From Dehalococcoidia bacterium (GTDB lineage Bacteria > Chloroflexota > Dehalococcoidia > Dehalococcoidales > W111): 64,000 bases of DNA. The notes below the pieces were generated by a model that was given only the letters and a program-made list of their open reading frames with translations, was not told the origin of the DNA and searched no databases. Position numbers and translations under genes: made by a program. The stretch is taken from contig DUEU01000002.1 in the NCBI GenBank assembly GCA_011191985.1, forward strand, positions 11,574 to 75,573. Reading direction: 5' to 3'. Shown here in pieces: positions 47,356 to 56,847 of the stretch (position 1 is the first letter of the stretch; the number at the start of each line of letters is the position of its first letter).

Positions 47356-48036
47356 CTAAAATATCGTTACTCTTTTCAATCTATCGCTAGCACTCAGCGA
47401 CAAACGTAGAAGCCTAATTGCCATTATCTCTACCCAGATTACCGTGTTTGCCACAAGGACTCTTTCATACAAGCCGAGCCAGCTTAGCTGCTTCACGAAT
47501 AATAGGTGCCCTATAACGAAAGTAGAAGTGATGATAGTGGTCGCTATTGTGTGAGGGAAAAGCTTTTGCCAATACGGATCTTTCCTCAAGCTGAATGATA
47601 TTAATAGACTCGCGATTGGGAATAATGAGAATACTATTATAGTTGTTACCGTGTGGATTGTGCCTTGAATCGTGTGTGGGCTTCCAGCGGGATCCTCTCG
47701 GAAGGCACCAATTATCAACAGGCCAAAACCGAAACAAGCAAGAAGTCCTATGCCGAGACTGAAGCCGCGCGCTGCGTGAATGCTGAGAAGCAGACCCGCG
47801 GTAAAGACCTCAACCAGTAAGCCAATAGTTAAAAAACCAATTGATTGGAGCCAGCCCATAGGAGTCCAAGCCAGGCTACTAATTGAATCACGTATAAGGC
47901 TGTAGTCCGATACGGAAAAAGCTGCGATCAAATTGGTAGTAATCAATACAGCTGGACCAACGATACCAGCTAAAGCCAATAGGCTGTAAACATTTAGGGG
48001 CCCAATAATAGCCCGAGGTTTATCTTTCCCAGACAT
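47356..48036 (-). CDS. Polytopic membrane protein (DUF998-like)
   Basis: 226 aa, about 6 TM helices. Family assignment is from memory only. Confidence 0.55.
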   Translation of the reverse strand: MSGKDKPRAIIGPLNVYSLLALAGIVGPAVLITTNLIAAFSVSDYSLIRDSISSLAWTPMGWLQSIGFLTIGLLVEVFTAGLLLSIHAARGFSLGIGLLACFGFGLLIIGAFREDPAGSPHTIQGTIHTVTTIIVFSLFPIASLLISFSLRKDPYWQKLFPHTIATTIITSTFVIGHLLFVKQLSWLGLYERVLVANTVIWVEIMAIRLLRLSLSASDRLKRVTIF

Positions 48037-48293
48037 ATTGGCGAGCTCCTGAAATGAAACCTAACAACTAACCTCATTGTAACAGTAGCGGTTGTGGCGC
48101 TCAAGGGGGTTGTGCAGAACATTGGAAGGCTATTTACCATTCAGATGTCAGAAAGAGAAATGTGACTGCATTACAATGTTCTGTGGTCATTACGTCTATG
48201 GGAAAGACTTAAAAAGTAGTATAGTTTACGGTGTCAGGCTAGTTATTTATTGGGTGACCATAAGTTCTGGCAGGGATAAGGAGATTTAGCTAT

Positions 48294-49460
48294 ATGACGA
48301 TAGATTTCGGATTAAGTAAAGAACAGCTTGATATTCAGAAGGCGGTCAGGGAGTTTGCCAATGCTGAGTTTACTAAAGACTACATACTGGAACTTGAACT
48401 AGGGCATAAATTCCCCTTTGAGCTGTGGAAGAAGGCTTGTGACTTAGGATTTATCGCCATCGATTACCCAGAAGAATATGGTGGGCAAGGGTACAATCTG
48501 CTGGAAAGAGTGCTGGTGACCGAGGAGTTCTGTCGGCAAGGGGGCGGGGTAGGAAATTCCTTAATGTTGAGCAATTTCGGCTGTAAATTGATATTAAAAC
48601 ATGGAAGCGAGGAGCAAAAACGTAAATACCTTATACCTGCCTGCCAGGGTGAGGCGATTTCATGGGCGGCGTTTACTGAACCAGATAGAGGGAGTGACCT
48701 GGTGACTTTCCCTCTTTCGACTACATCTGTGAGGACCAATAATGGCAGTTATCTAATAAATGGAACTAAGACATTCATTACTAACGCTACCATTGCCAGT
48801 TTTGGAACGGTACTTTGCCAAACAGATTTCCAAGCGAAACCGCCCTATCGAGGGCAAAGCATTATGATAGTAGAACGGGACTTAGACGGCGTTGAAGTCA
48901 CTGAGTGGGCCAAAATGGGCATGAACTATTCACCGACGACGGACCTATCTTTAAAAAACGTTAGAGTCAGCCAAGAGAATCTTCTGGGTGAAGAGAACAG
49001 GGGATTCTATTATGCCATGGAATTCTTGAACGAGGTCAGAATAGAGATAGGAGCCATGGGAGTGGGTATTGCTCAAGGTGCCTTTGATAGGGCTCTTAAT
49101 TACAGTAGAGCTAGAACGGCATTCGGCCGCAAGATAGGTGAATTCCAGGCGATTTCACATAAGTTGGCCGAGATGGCGACCAAGATAGAAACCGCTCGTC
49201 TTCTGGCCTACAAAGCCGCTTTTGAATTCGACAACGGAACAGCTGGCAGTAAGGTATGCTCAATGGCCAAATGGTATTCTGCAAGAGTTGCCGTAGAGGT
49301 AGCCGACGAAGCCATTGAGATTCTGGGAGGGCATGGTTACATGTTGGAGAATGAGGTGGAACGCTTCTACCGCGATGCTAAATCATTGGAACTTGTTGAG
49401 GGAACCAGAGAAATACATAAAAATATTATCGCCCGCAATTTACTGGGAAGGTTAAGTTAA
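48294..49460 (+). CDS. Acyl-CoA dehydrogenase
   Basis: 388 aa. AFTEPDRGSD, and the catalytic-base region LVEGTREIHKNIIAR near the C-terminus. Confidence 0.9.
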   Translation: MTIDFGLSKEQLDIQKAVREFANAEFTKDYILELELGHKFPFELWKKACDLGFIAIDYPEEYGGQGYNLLERVLVTEEFCRQGGGVGNSLMLSNFGCKLILKHGSEEQKRKYLIPACQGEAISWAAFTEPDRGSDLVTFPLSTTSVRTNNGSYLINGTKTFITNATIASFGTVLCQTDFQAKPPYRGQSIMIVERDLDGVEVTEWAKMGMNYSPTTDLSLKNVRVSQENLLGEENRGFYYAMEFLNEVRIEIGAMGVGIAQGAFDRALNYSRARTAFGRKIGEFQAISHKLAEMATKIETARLLAYKAAFEFDNGTAGSKVCSMAKWYSARVAVEVADEAIEILGGHGYMLENEVERFYRDAKSLELVEGTREIHKNIIARNLLGRLS

Positions 49461-49525
49461 GACCAAAAATCAACCCCAAATACAGCCCCCAATTCTCGTG
49501 TTATAATTCACGCGGAGGAAAGGGT

Positions 49526-50647
49526 ATGACGGAATTGACGGAAAGCGAAGGAAGAACATTGCTTGATACAGCAAAGAAAATTCGCACCTACAAGATTATG
49601 CAGGCAAAGGGTTATGAGAGGCTGATAAAAAAGACTTTGGATGAAAGGACCAAGCAACTCTTAGAGGAAATCAGCACCAATGAACTCAGTGACGCCGAAT
49701 TCTGGTCACAAAAAATCGAGCAGCTAGCAGGCAGTGACGGGAAATCCAGTAGAGTCTATTTTTTAAATCAAAAGGTTGGCCTATTGATGGGTGTGCTGGG
49801 TATCAGGGGGTTCTTTGAATGGACGATCATTGCTGAGGACGAGAGTGTTGAAGACCTTGCCATCCAAGCGGCGAATATCAGCAGCCTAACCACCTCAGAG
49901 GAATGGACTAGAGTGGCATCTGATGAGCGGTTGCACATAGAGAGGATTAAAAAAGAGGTCTTAGGTATGGAAGGTTGGGAGATGGGAGGTGGCGGCGGGG
50001 TAAGAGATGTCATTTTTGGGGCTAATGATGGCTTGGTGTCAATACTGGCACTTGTCGCTGGAGTTTATGGAGCAATTACAGAAAGTCACCCTATTCTGAT
50101 AGCCGGGATCGCCGGTGCAGTGGCCGGGGCCATATCTATGGGCGCTGGGGCTTACTTGTCATCTAAGTCAGAAAAAGAGGTGACTGAGAAAGAAAGCGAC
50201 CGAAAAGGGATCAAAAGAAAAGGGACTACTGAAGAAGATAGGGAGAAACTGGTCAAGCTCTACCAAGCAAGAGGATTCAAGAGACGTGATGCAGAGGTGG
50301 TTGCCGACAAAGTAACTTCACAAATGGAGTCAGCAGAGCCATACACTATCGGTGAGGAGATAGGGTTGACTTCGGAACAATCTTGGCCCCCCATTAAAGC
50401 GGCCGCCTTTACTGGGCTATCATTTGCTGTTGTATCTCTCATTCCCATTCTGCCCTTCGCCTTTATGAAGGTAAATCCAGCAGTAATAACTGCGGTAGTA
50501 GCTAGCATAGCCTGTCTCTTTCTAGTTGGAGCTAGTAAAGCCGTCTTTACGAGGCAAAGCTGGGTTCGCAGTGGTTTGGAGATGATGGCTATCGGTGCCC
50601 TAGCTTCATTGGTGACGTATGCCATAGGACTGGCCATTCCAGTATAG
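49526..50647 (+). CDS. VIT1/CCC1-family Fe/Mn transporter with an N-terminal ferritin-like domain
   Basis: VRDVIFGANDGLVSILALVAG starts the VIT membrane domain. A helical N-terminal domain of ~150 aa precedes it. Confidence 0.8.
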   Translation: MTELTESEGRTLLDTAKKIRTYKIMQAKGYERLIKKTLDERTKQLLEEISTNELSDAEFWSQKIEQLAGSDGKSSRVYFLNQKVGLLMGVLGIRGFFEWTIIAEDESVEDLAIQAANISSLTTSEEWTRVASDERLHIERIKKEVLGMEGWEMGGGGGVRDVIFGANDGLVSILALVAGVYGAITESHPILIAGIAGAVAGAISMGAGAYLSSKSEKEVTEKESDRKGIKRKGTTEEDREKLVKLYQARGFKRRDAEVVADKVTSQMESAEPYTIGEEIGLTSEQSWPPIKAAAFTGLSFAVVSLIPILPFAFMKVNPAVITAVVASIACLFLVGASKAVFTRQSWVRSGLEMMAIGALASLVTYAIGLAIPV

Positions 50648-50661
50648 TTCTGGCTAACAGC

Positions 50662-52458
50662 TTATATGATTTCCCACTCGCAGTAAGGGTCATCAGCAAC
50701 GATGCACTTAACTTCCCTGACGTGCTGGTTCTTGACCGCTGAGAATAGTCCGTTAAGGAAACCTGTGGTGAAGTAGCATGATGGCTCCTTTATATGGGTG
50801 AACATCTTGGTTCTTATGCTTTCACAGTTTTCCTTTATCCTTATCGTCTCACCCAAGGTGATTTTCCCCACCTTACAGTACTCCATGCAATTTATTACTC
50901 GCTGGATTGCCTCATCATTACTTAATCCGGCTTCTAGTAGGCGCTCGCCGATTTCCTTTCCTGTCCTAGCGCCCCCCATTCTCTGGGCCATTATATACCT
51001 CTTACCAGCCAGATGAGGGAATCCCATACCGTGCATGACCACATGGAGATGGACATCGCTCCCCAGCTTTGGCCTCTCCACGAGAGGTTTCCCATCAAGC
51101 AGAAATGCCATCAGGCGTTCCATCAACCGCTCGTGTATCCTGGCGATAGTGGCGCTGTCCTTTTCCAGAGAGGCCTTCAGCTCGCCGATTTCTCCCGGCA
51201 CGAATTTAAACTCGCAGTAGGGGTCTCCCAGCCCGAGGCACTTTGTCTCGATAGCGTTCCATTCTCGTCTGTCCTTCTCCATTCCCATACAGGTACCGAC
51301 GAGCATAGGCGGGAGATGCGAAGCTGTGGTGGTGCCGATGTTTTCAAATCCGCAGCAGTCAGAGTTCTCGTATACTCGAAAGTAGTGTTCTTCAGTCTTA
51401 GAAGCGTCCGCGAGGTATTCCAGGATGCCGCTGCGCTCTCTGGCTACATTATCGAAAGGACCTATTTTAATCGCTTTTTTCATGTCTTCAACTTTGTTGA
51501 AGTTTTTGGGCATGAATAAGCCAAGCGCTTGAAGAAAAACCAGCATACTGTATCCCAGTCTCATACTCAAAGGGGCGATCGGCATTAGTTCTTTCACTAA
51601 TGAACCTTCCTCTTTGTTTAAGTCATACATCATTGTGGGGAATCCTTTGGGGTCCCAGAGCATGCCGCTCCAGTGGGCAAGATTTGGCCAGAACAGGTTC
51701 ACGAAATTACCGGTCTCCTTTCTCAGGAGCACTTTGTTTTCCCGGAAAGACTGGAAAAACTGCTTTAACGCCACCGGATCCCAGTCTATCGTCGGTTTGA
51801 TTGTCGGTCGGGCTAGTTCCATGGGGACTTCGATACTAGTTGGTCTTACCTTGGGATGCTTCACCACGTTGACAATCCTTGAGTTCTCTTTTGTCTCCAT
51901 TCTGAGGATGCCATCGGCCACGCTCATCATGGCTCCCAGGTCTTCATCCTTACCACAGCCCTCGTCCATTAAAGCTAATACTGAGTTGCCCTCAGAAGCA
52001 AACTTAGATAGGCAGAGCCTTATGAATCGGAACACTTCCTTCTCGTTAAAGAGGTATGGTGATGTCAGAGAATCAAAGGCAAGAAAAACATTGCGCCGGC
52101 CAACTCTTTCTTGCAACTTCGTGATAGCCATACTTATGCTATTCAGGTCTTCACAATTAGCGCCTACGATGTCCGGTCGCTCCATGGTAGCTGCCCCTAC
52201 TGTTTCACCGAAGGCGTCAACGAAACTGAGCGCACCAGGGGGAGGCTCGCCCACGCCTCTTTCTTTTAAAAGGTCGGTGACCTCAGACGGGCCGTGCTCG
52301 GTGGTAACATATATGACTGGCCTGTCCATGGCTAGGCCATTGAGCACCGTTTGATGGCAGAAGGTCGATTTTCCTGCTCCCGGAGGCCCAGCCAGTAAAA
52401 TCAGGTTGCTGCTCGGCACCTCCTGTACTTCTGTCAATGACAATACTCTCTCTCCCAT
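50662..52458 (-). CDS. RecA/KaiC-superfamily ATPase fused to two V4R-like (4-vinyl-reductase/Bet3-like) modules, paralog A
   Basis: ATG at 52458, 8 nt after GGAGGTG. Walker A GPPGAGKSTF and Walker B-like FLAFDSLT. V4R-like C-terminal motifs ETKCLGLGDPYCEFKF and CYFTTGFLNGLFSAVKNQHVREVKCIVADDPYCEWEII. Confidence 0.75.
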   Translation of the reverse strand: MGERVLSLTEVQEVPSSNLILLAGPPGAGKSTFCHQTVLNGLAMDRPVIYVTTEHGPSEVTDLLKERGVGEPPPGALSFVDAFGETVGAATMERPDIVGANCEDLNSISMAITKLQERVGRRNVFLAFDSLTSPYLFNEKEVFRFIRLCLSKFASEGNSVLALMDEGCGKDEDLGAMMSVADGILRMETKENSRIVNVVKHPKVRPTSIEVPMELARPTIKPTIDWDPVALKQFFQSFRENKVLLRKETGNFVNLFWPNLAHWSGMLWDPKGFPTMMYDLNKEEGSLVKELMPIAPLSMRLGYSMLVFLQALGLFMPKNFNKVEDMKKAIKIGPFDNVARERSGILEYLADASKTEEHYFRVYENSDCCGFENIGTTTASHLPPMLVGTCMGMEKDRREWNAIETKCLGLGDPYCEFKFVPGEIGELKASLEKDSATIARIHERLMERLMAFLLDGKPLVERPKLGSDVHLHVVMHGMGFPHLAGKRYIMAQRMGGARTGKEIGERLLEAGLSNDEAIQRVINCMEYCKVGKITLGETIRIKENCESIRTKMFTHIKEPSCYFTTGFLNGLFSAVKNQHVREVKCIVADDPYCEWEII

Positions 52459-52485
52459 CTCATTTTCACCTCCCATAGCAGCAAA

Positions 52486-54252
52486 CTAGATGATCTCCCA
52501 CTCACAGTGCGGGTCTCCAGCTGCAATGCACTTTATTTCCCTGACGCGCTGGCCCTTGACTGTTGAGAATAGCCCGTTTAAAAAGCCGGTGGTGAAGAAG
52601 CATGATGGCTCGAGGGTTCCTATTGTGAAGAGCCTGACCCAGCTGCTTTCGCAGTTATCATTTATCCTTATAGTTTCACCCATTGTAATCTTGCCCACCT
52701 TACAGTGCTCCAGAAAATTGATCACCCGCCTGATTGTCTCATCCTCAATTAATCCGGCTTCGAGCAGGCGTTTACCGATTTCCTTCCCCGATCTGGCACC
52801 TCCCATCCGCAATGCCATTTTGTACCTCTCGCCGCCGGGAGGATGAACACCCATGGCGTGCCAGACTGCGTGTAGTTGGATGTCACTCCCCAAAGTGGGT
52901 CTGACTACAAGGGGTTCGCCATGGAGCAGAAATCCCGTAAGGCGCTCCATCAACCGTTCATGTATCTTTTCGATAACGGAGTTGTCTTTTTCCAGAGAAG
53001 GCTTCAGTTCACTGATTTCTCCTGCCACTAATTTGAACTCGCAGTAGGGGTCTCCCAGCCCGATGCATTTCGTCTCAATGGCATTCCATTCTCTTTCCTT
53101 CTTCTCGAACCCCTTGCAGAAGCCGGCGAAGAGAGGGGGGAGGTGTGAAGCTACGGCGGCGCCTACGTTTTCCAGTCCCCAGCAGTCGGAGCTCTCATAT
53201 ATTCTGAAGTAGTGTTCACTGGGGCTGGAGATATCATCAAGGTATTCTATGATGCCGCTTCGTTCCCAGCGTGCCGTACGGATGTAGGGGGCGCCCCGCT
53301 TTGCTGCCTTTTTCATGACTTTTACGCTTTGGTAATTCCTGGGTAGATAAAGCTTCATGAAGATTCTGGCATACCATGGCCAGATTGACCAGTTTTCCCT
53401 CGACATGGAGCGCGGGTCTTCCTTGTTCAGTTCATAAGTCGTGATCGGGAATCTTTTTGGGTCCCAGAGCATGCCGCTCCAGTGGGCAAGATTCGCCCAG
53501 AACAGATTCACATAATCACCCAGCCCGCTTCTCAGCCCTGCATCACCCCGATTTAACATCGCCCGCCCCCATTTGCCGAGCGTATCCTTGTTGAAGGTCA
53601 TCTCTTGTTGAGAGACCCCGGCATGCTCTGGGACAATGGGGACTTCGAATTTTACCGGCCTCACACTCGGGTGCTTTACCACATTCAAAGTTCTTGAGTT
53701 CTCTACTAGCTCCATCCTGATGATGCCATCAGCCATGCTCATCATAGCTCCCAGGTCTTCCTCTTTTCCGCAGCCCTCGTCAACCAAGGCCAATACCGAA
53801 TTTCCCTCGGAAGCGAACTTCGATAGAAACAGTCTCATGAACTTCACTACCTCCACGCCATTTAAGAGGTAAGGGGAGGTAAGTGAATCGAATACCAGTA
53901 CGGCGCGTTTTGACCCTGTTCTCTCCTTTAGCTTGGTGATAGCGATACTGAGGGTATTCAGGTCGGCGCAGTTGGCATCCTCGGTGTCAGCGCGCTGCAT
54001 GCCGGGGAGCCCTACAGTCTGGGTGAAAGCGTCAACGAAGTTCAAATCGGCGGCCTCTCCCATACCCCTTTCGCTTAGTAGCTCTCTGACTTCAGCAGGG
54101 TTTCGCTCGCTGGTTACGAAGATAACTGGCAAGTCAGCAGCGATACTCTTCAGGACTGTTTGATAGCAGAATGTAGATTTTCCCGCTCCTGGAATCCCAG
54201 TTAACAAAATTAGGCCCTTATCTGTTGGTTCTTGTAACTTGGCCAGTGACAT
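52486..54252 (-). CDS. RecA/KaiC-superfamily ATPase fused to two V4R-like modules, paralog B
   Basis: Walker A GIPGAGKSTF and Walker B-like VLVFDSLT. V4R-like motifs ETKCIGLGDPYCEFKL and CFFTTGFLNGLFSTVKGQRVREIKCIAAGDPHCEWEII. Collinear with paralog A along its whole length. Confidence 0.75.
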   Translation of the reverse strand: MSLAKLQEPTDKGLILLTGIPGAGKSTFCYQTVLKSIAADLPVIFVTSERNPAEVRELLSERGMGEAADLNFVDAFTQTVGLPGMQRADTEDANCADLNTLSIAITKLKERTGSKRAVLVFDSLTSPYLLNGVEVVKFMRLFLSKFASEGNSVLALVDEGCGKEEDLGAMMSMADGIIRMELVENSRTLNVVKHPSVRPVKFEVPIVPEHAGVSQQEMTFNKDTLGKWGRAMLNRGDAGLRSGLGDYVNLFWANLAHWSGMLWDPKRFPITTYELNKEDPRSMSRENWSIWPWYARIFMKLYLPRNYQSVKVMKKAAKRGAPYIRTARWERSGIIEYLDDISSPSEHYFRIYESSDCWGLENVGAAVASHLPPLFAGFCKGFEKKEREWNAIETKCIGLGDPYCEFKLVAGEISELKPSLEKDNSVIEKIHERLMERLTGFLLHGEPLVVRPTLGSDIQLHAVWHAMGVHPPGGERYKMALRMGGARSGKEIGKRLLEAGLIEDETIRRVINFLEHCKVGKITMGETIRINDNCESSWVRLFTIGTLEPSCFFTTGFLNGLFSTVKGQRVREIKCIAAGDPHCEWEII

Positions 54253-54263
54253 CTCAGTCCTCG

Positions 54264-55010
54264 CTACTTGAAGACAGTCAGGGTAGGATACACCTCTATG
54301 CCGCTATTGGTAATATTATACGGGCGTGGCTGATTGTCTACCTCCAGACCCCGCATTTTCTCTACCTGGAACATTCGGATTAACCTATCGTCTTTCATGA
54401 CGGTTCGCAGCAGGATAACCCCTTGAGCCAAATACTCCTCAAATTGATGCTCTCGTTCCAGCCCCGTACCTCTTAGCTCAGAAATTAACAAGTTGGTGCA
54501 GCCAATCTTTCTGAAATCAGCTATCAGGTCTCTCATGGCATATATGCGCTCAACTTCGTCAGGATATTGGAGGGTAAATATTGTTATGGGATCAATGACC
54601 ACTCTCTTGGCTTGAACGTTGTCTATACCTTCCCTAATTGCCTCCAAAAGTTTAATTAGTTTGAACTCCTTCATTCCTAGCTGAATGAGGCCAGCCTTTT
54701 CTGAAGATGTTACCCGAACCGGAGATACGTTGATGAAGGCGAGTTTTTTATCTTGTTCAAGCTTACCAAGGTCCCACCCAAATTTCGACAAGTTCCTCTT
54801 CACGTCCTCAGGGTCTTCGTCTAATGATATATAGATTCCCGGCTCGCTATGTTCCGTAACTCCTTTATATAGAAACTGGATGGCGAAGGTGGTCTTCCCG
54901 CTGCCAGGTCCTCCGGCAACTAAGATACTGTGGCCCCTCGGTATGCCTTTCTCCCCCAGAATCTTGTCGGCGCCAGGGATACCAGTTGGGACATTATCAA
55001 GATCAAGCAT
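54264..55010 (-). CDS. Single-domain KaiC/RadA-like ATPase
   Basis: Probable ATG at 55010 after AAGAGG. Motifs: GIPGADKILGEKGIPRGHSILVAGGPGSGKTTFAIQFLYKG, Walker B RVVIDPIT, MFQVEKMRG. The stop lies 11 nt before the paralog B start. Confidence 0.8.
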   Translation of the reverse strand: MLDLDNVPTGIPGADKILGEKGIPRGHSILVAGGPGSGKTTFAIQFLYKGVTEHSEPGIYISLDEDPEDVKRNLSKFGWDLGKLEQDKKLAFINVSPVRVTSSEKAGLIQLGMKEFKLIKLLEAIREGIDNVQAKRVVIDPITIFTLQYPDEVERIYAMRDLIADFRKIGCTNLLISELRGTGLEREHQFEEYLAQGVILLRTVMKDDRLIRMFQVEKMRGLEVDNQPRPYNITNSGIEVYPTLTVFK

Positions 55011-55432
55011 CACATCAACCTCTTTAGTTATTTCTACGCTCACATGAGTTTGGTTAATTATAAATCTATTGAGATGAGATAACAATAAGTTAAACCAGAG
55101 AAGCGGGAGGAATAGTAGCGATATTACAATAATAGGGTACAAAACGCTGATACACCATTCACTATACTAGAGTAATTGGAAGACCAACGTAGAACCATAT
55201 CGCCCCTAATTTTACCGGCAGGAAAACAGGGTATATAGCGGCTGGTAAATAAATAATCTTGGAGAGGCAACTAACAGCGTAGTCTTAGACTTACATGGAA
55301 CGTGCGCTGAACCACTAGGTGCACCTTTTTCGTCATAAAGAGAATACAGAGAAGAGTTACCAATAGAAAGGGAACCATGAAAATCTATGCATTCCATATG
55401 CCTGTTTTAAAGGCCGGTATAGGCGACAATAC

Positions 55433-55819
55433 TCACCTCTTAACCAGTAGCACTATGCTTCCAATCGTACCAACTAGGAAAGCTATCGGGCAGACGACAA
55501 CTGCCAATATAAAGAAAACAGGCTCATCTGACATACCGATTCTATCCCAGGAGTGTTCTCCAAAAAGGTGTATGAATAGACCATAAACAAGATTGTGTAA
55601 AACAACACCAACGGGTATTCCTACCGCAGAAGCTCCTGTTAGAAGTAAGAACTTCTTTAACAGTCCTCTCATTTCTCCCTTTAATGTGAAATACATTAGT
55701 AGAGCACCTAGAAGAAGAAAAGCAATACCTGCGCCAAGAAAGAAAGCCGCCTCTAGAACTAATTCCCTAGCTACTGGAATGAGGAAGACGATTATTACTA
55801 TGACAAAAGCGCCCACCAA
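55433..55819 (-). CDS. Small membrane protein (4 TM), unknown function
   Basis: 128 aa, strongly hydrophobic. Confidence 0.45.
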   Translation of the reverse strand: MVGAFVIVIIVFLIPVARELVLEAAFFLGAGIAFLLLGALLMYFTLKGEMRGLLKKFLLLTGASAVGIPVGVVLHNLVYGLFIHLFGEHSWDRIGMSDEPVFFILAVVVCPIAFLVGTIGSIVLLVKR

Positions 55820-55894
55820 CGCCTATAATGTCACCTTATTCCGCTTATCCATCAACTTCTATATCTATCTAGGCAATTTGAAAAATAGTTTGTT

Positions 55895-56059
55895 TTAACC
55901 TCCTGAATCGGGAAGATTAATTACTTCTGGAGTCTTCAACTCTATTTTTTCCATATCTTGACCACAGCATACTAGCGTTCCACCACCTACTTCAGTCACC
56001 ACAACCTCGTTACCACAAACATTGCATCTGTATTTTTCACCTACTTTTTCAACTGCCAT
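55895..56059 (-). CDS. Desulforedoxin-like small iron-binding protein (54 aa), absent from the supplied ORF track
   Basis: Hand translation: MAVEKVGEKYRCNVCGNEVVVTEVGGGTLVCCGQDMEKIELKTPEVINLPDSGG. AGGAGG lies 7 nt upstream. It matches the desulforedoxin pattern YxCxxCG...GGGxLVCCGxxM. Confidence 0.75.
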   Translation of the reverse strand: MAVEKVGEKYRCNVCGNEVVVTEVGGGTLVCCGQDMEKIELKTPEVINLPDSGG

Positions 56060-56124
56060 TTCGACCTCCTGTATGTTGATATATTTGTGAGATTATCCAA
56101 GTCCTACACGCAGCTGTGTATAAC

Positions 56125-56541
56125 CTACTCAACCGTTACCGTCATGGTATATGTCCATACCTCTTTCTCGCCACCTTCCCACGGCTGGCTATATGCCATA
56201 CGCACTTCAGTAGTGCCCTTATTAACCGCTTCAAAAGTCCAAACCTCTATGCCAGCTGCTCCTACAACATCACCTTTGGGTTCTTCGAAGTCATAATCTT
56301 CTTCATTAAGCACATTTTCATTACTCATTTCATATTCCCATTTGAAGCCTGTTGTTGGATTTGAGCACAGCTTAGCTCTGATTTTATCACCAATCTCAAC
56401 TTGGAATTCATTCCTCATATGGTGGTTCTCGTTGAGTTGGTTACAGGTAATCTCAACATTTATATCTCGTGACGTTATACATGATAATGGCAAGAGGGAG
56501 ACAGCAAGTATAACAAATGTAAGAATAATTCTGAGTTTCAT
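56125..56541 (-). CDS. Chagasin-family (I42) cysteine-peptidase inhibitor, secreted or anchored
   Basis: N-terminal signal/anchor. Hallmark NPTTGFKWEY and a second loop, QPWEGG. Confidence 0.85.
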   Translation of the reverse strand: MKLRIILTFVILAVSLLPLSCITSRDINVEITCNQLNENHHMRNEFQVEIGDKIRAKLCSNPTTGFKWEYEMSNENVLNEEDYDFEEPKGDVVGAAGIEVWTFEAVNKGTTEVRMAYSQPWEGGEKEVWTYTMTVTVE

Positions 56542-56847
56542 TCTAGTTTCTCCTTCTCAATAACTATCCTACCCGCAATCTTATCTCATCTGGAGTAACA
56601 TTCTCTACTTGAATATTGACTCCGTCTATTCGTATTCTAATCTGCTCTCTAGGATAAAGAAGATTCCAAGCATATCCCCAGGCTGCGTACGGCACAAAAT
56701 TCCGTTTTCTTTGCACATATAGAATATACTTTTTCGGATGGCATACCAGCAAGTGATTAAGGGATACCTTTCTTCACGGTCATCGCTTCAGTATTTTTCA
56801 TTTGTCTCCTGGCGCGTCAATTGACGCAATACGCTTGTATCTTTTAA

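Larger units (their letters stand above)
50662..54252 (-). repeat. Tandem gene duplication (paralogs A and B)
   Basis: Collinear proteins with identical nucleotide blocks. One example is ggtcccagagcatgccgctccagtgggcaagatt at 51651-51684 and 53460-53493. Another is gaactcgcagtaggggtctcccagcccga, near 51210 and near 53035. Confidence 0.85.

Noticed and set aside
48114-48184. 10-bp inverted repeat (cagaacattg ... caatgttctg) separated by ~49 nt, upstream of the acyl-CoA dehydrogenase gene
   Set aside because: The arms are short and the spacer is long, so this is compatible with chance in an AT-rich promoter region. I cannot distinguish an operator or RNA structure without comparative data.
51013-52354. 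168-aa and 246-aa plus-strand ORFs, with similar ones at 52490-54163, opposite the KaiC-V4R genes
   Set aside because: They are antisense to genes that have Walker motifs, conserved paralogy and good RBSs. Their Ser/Leu/Pro-rich translations have no motifs.
56564-56752. 62-aa minus-strand ORF upstream of the chagasin-like gene
   Set aside because: It has no RBS and no recognisable motif. It could be a small protein, but the evidence is insufficient.
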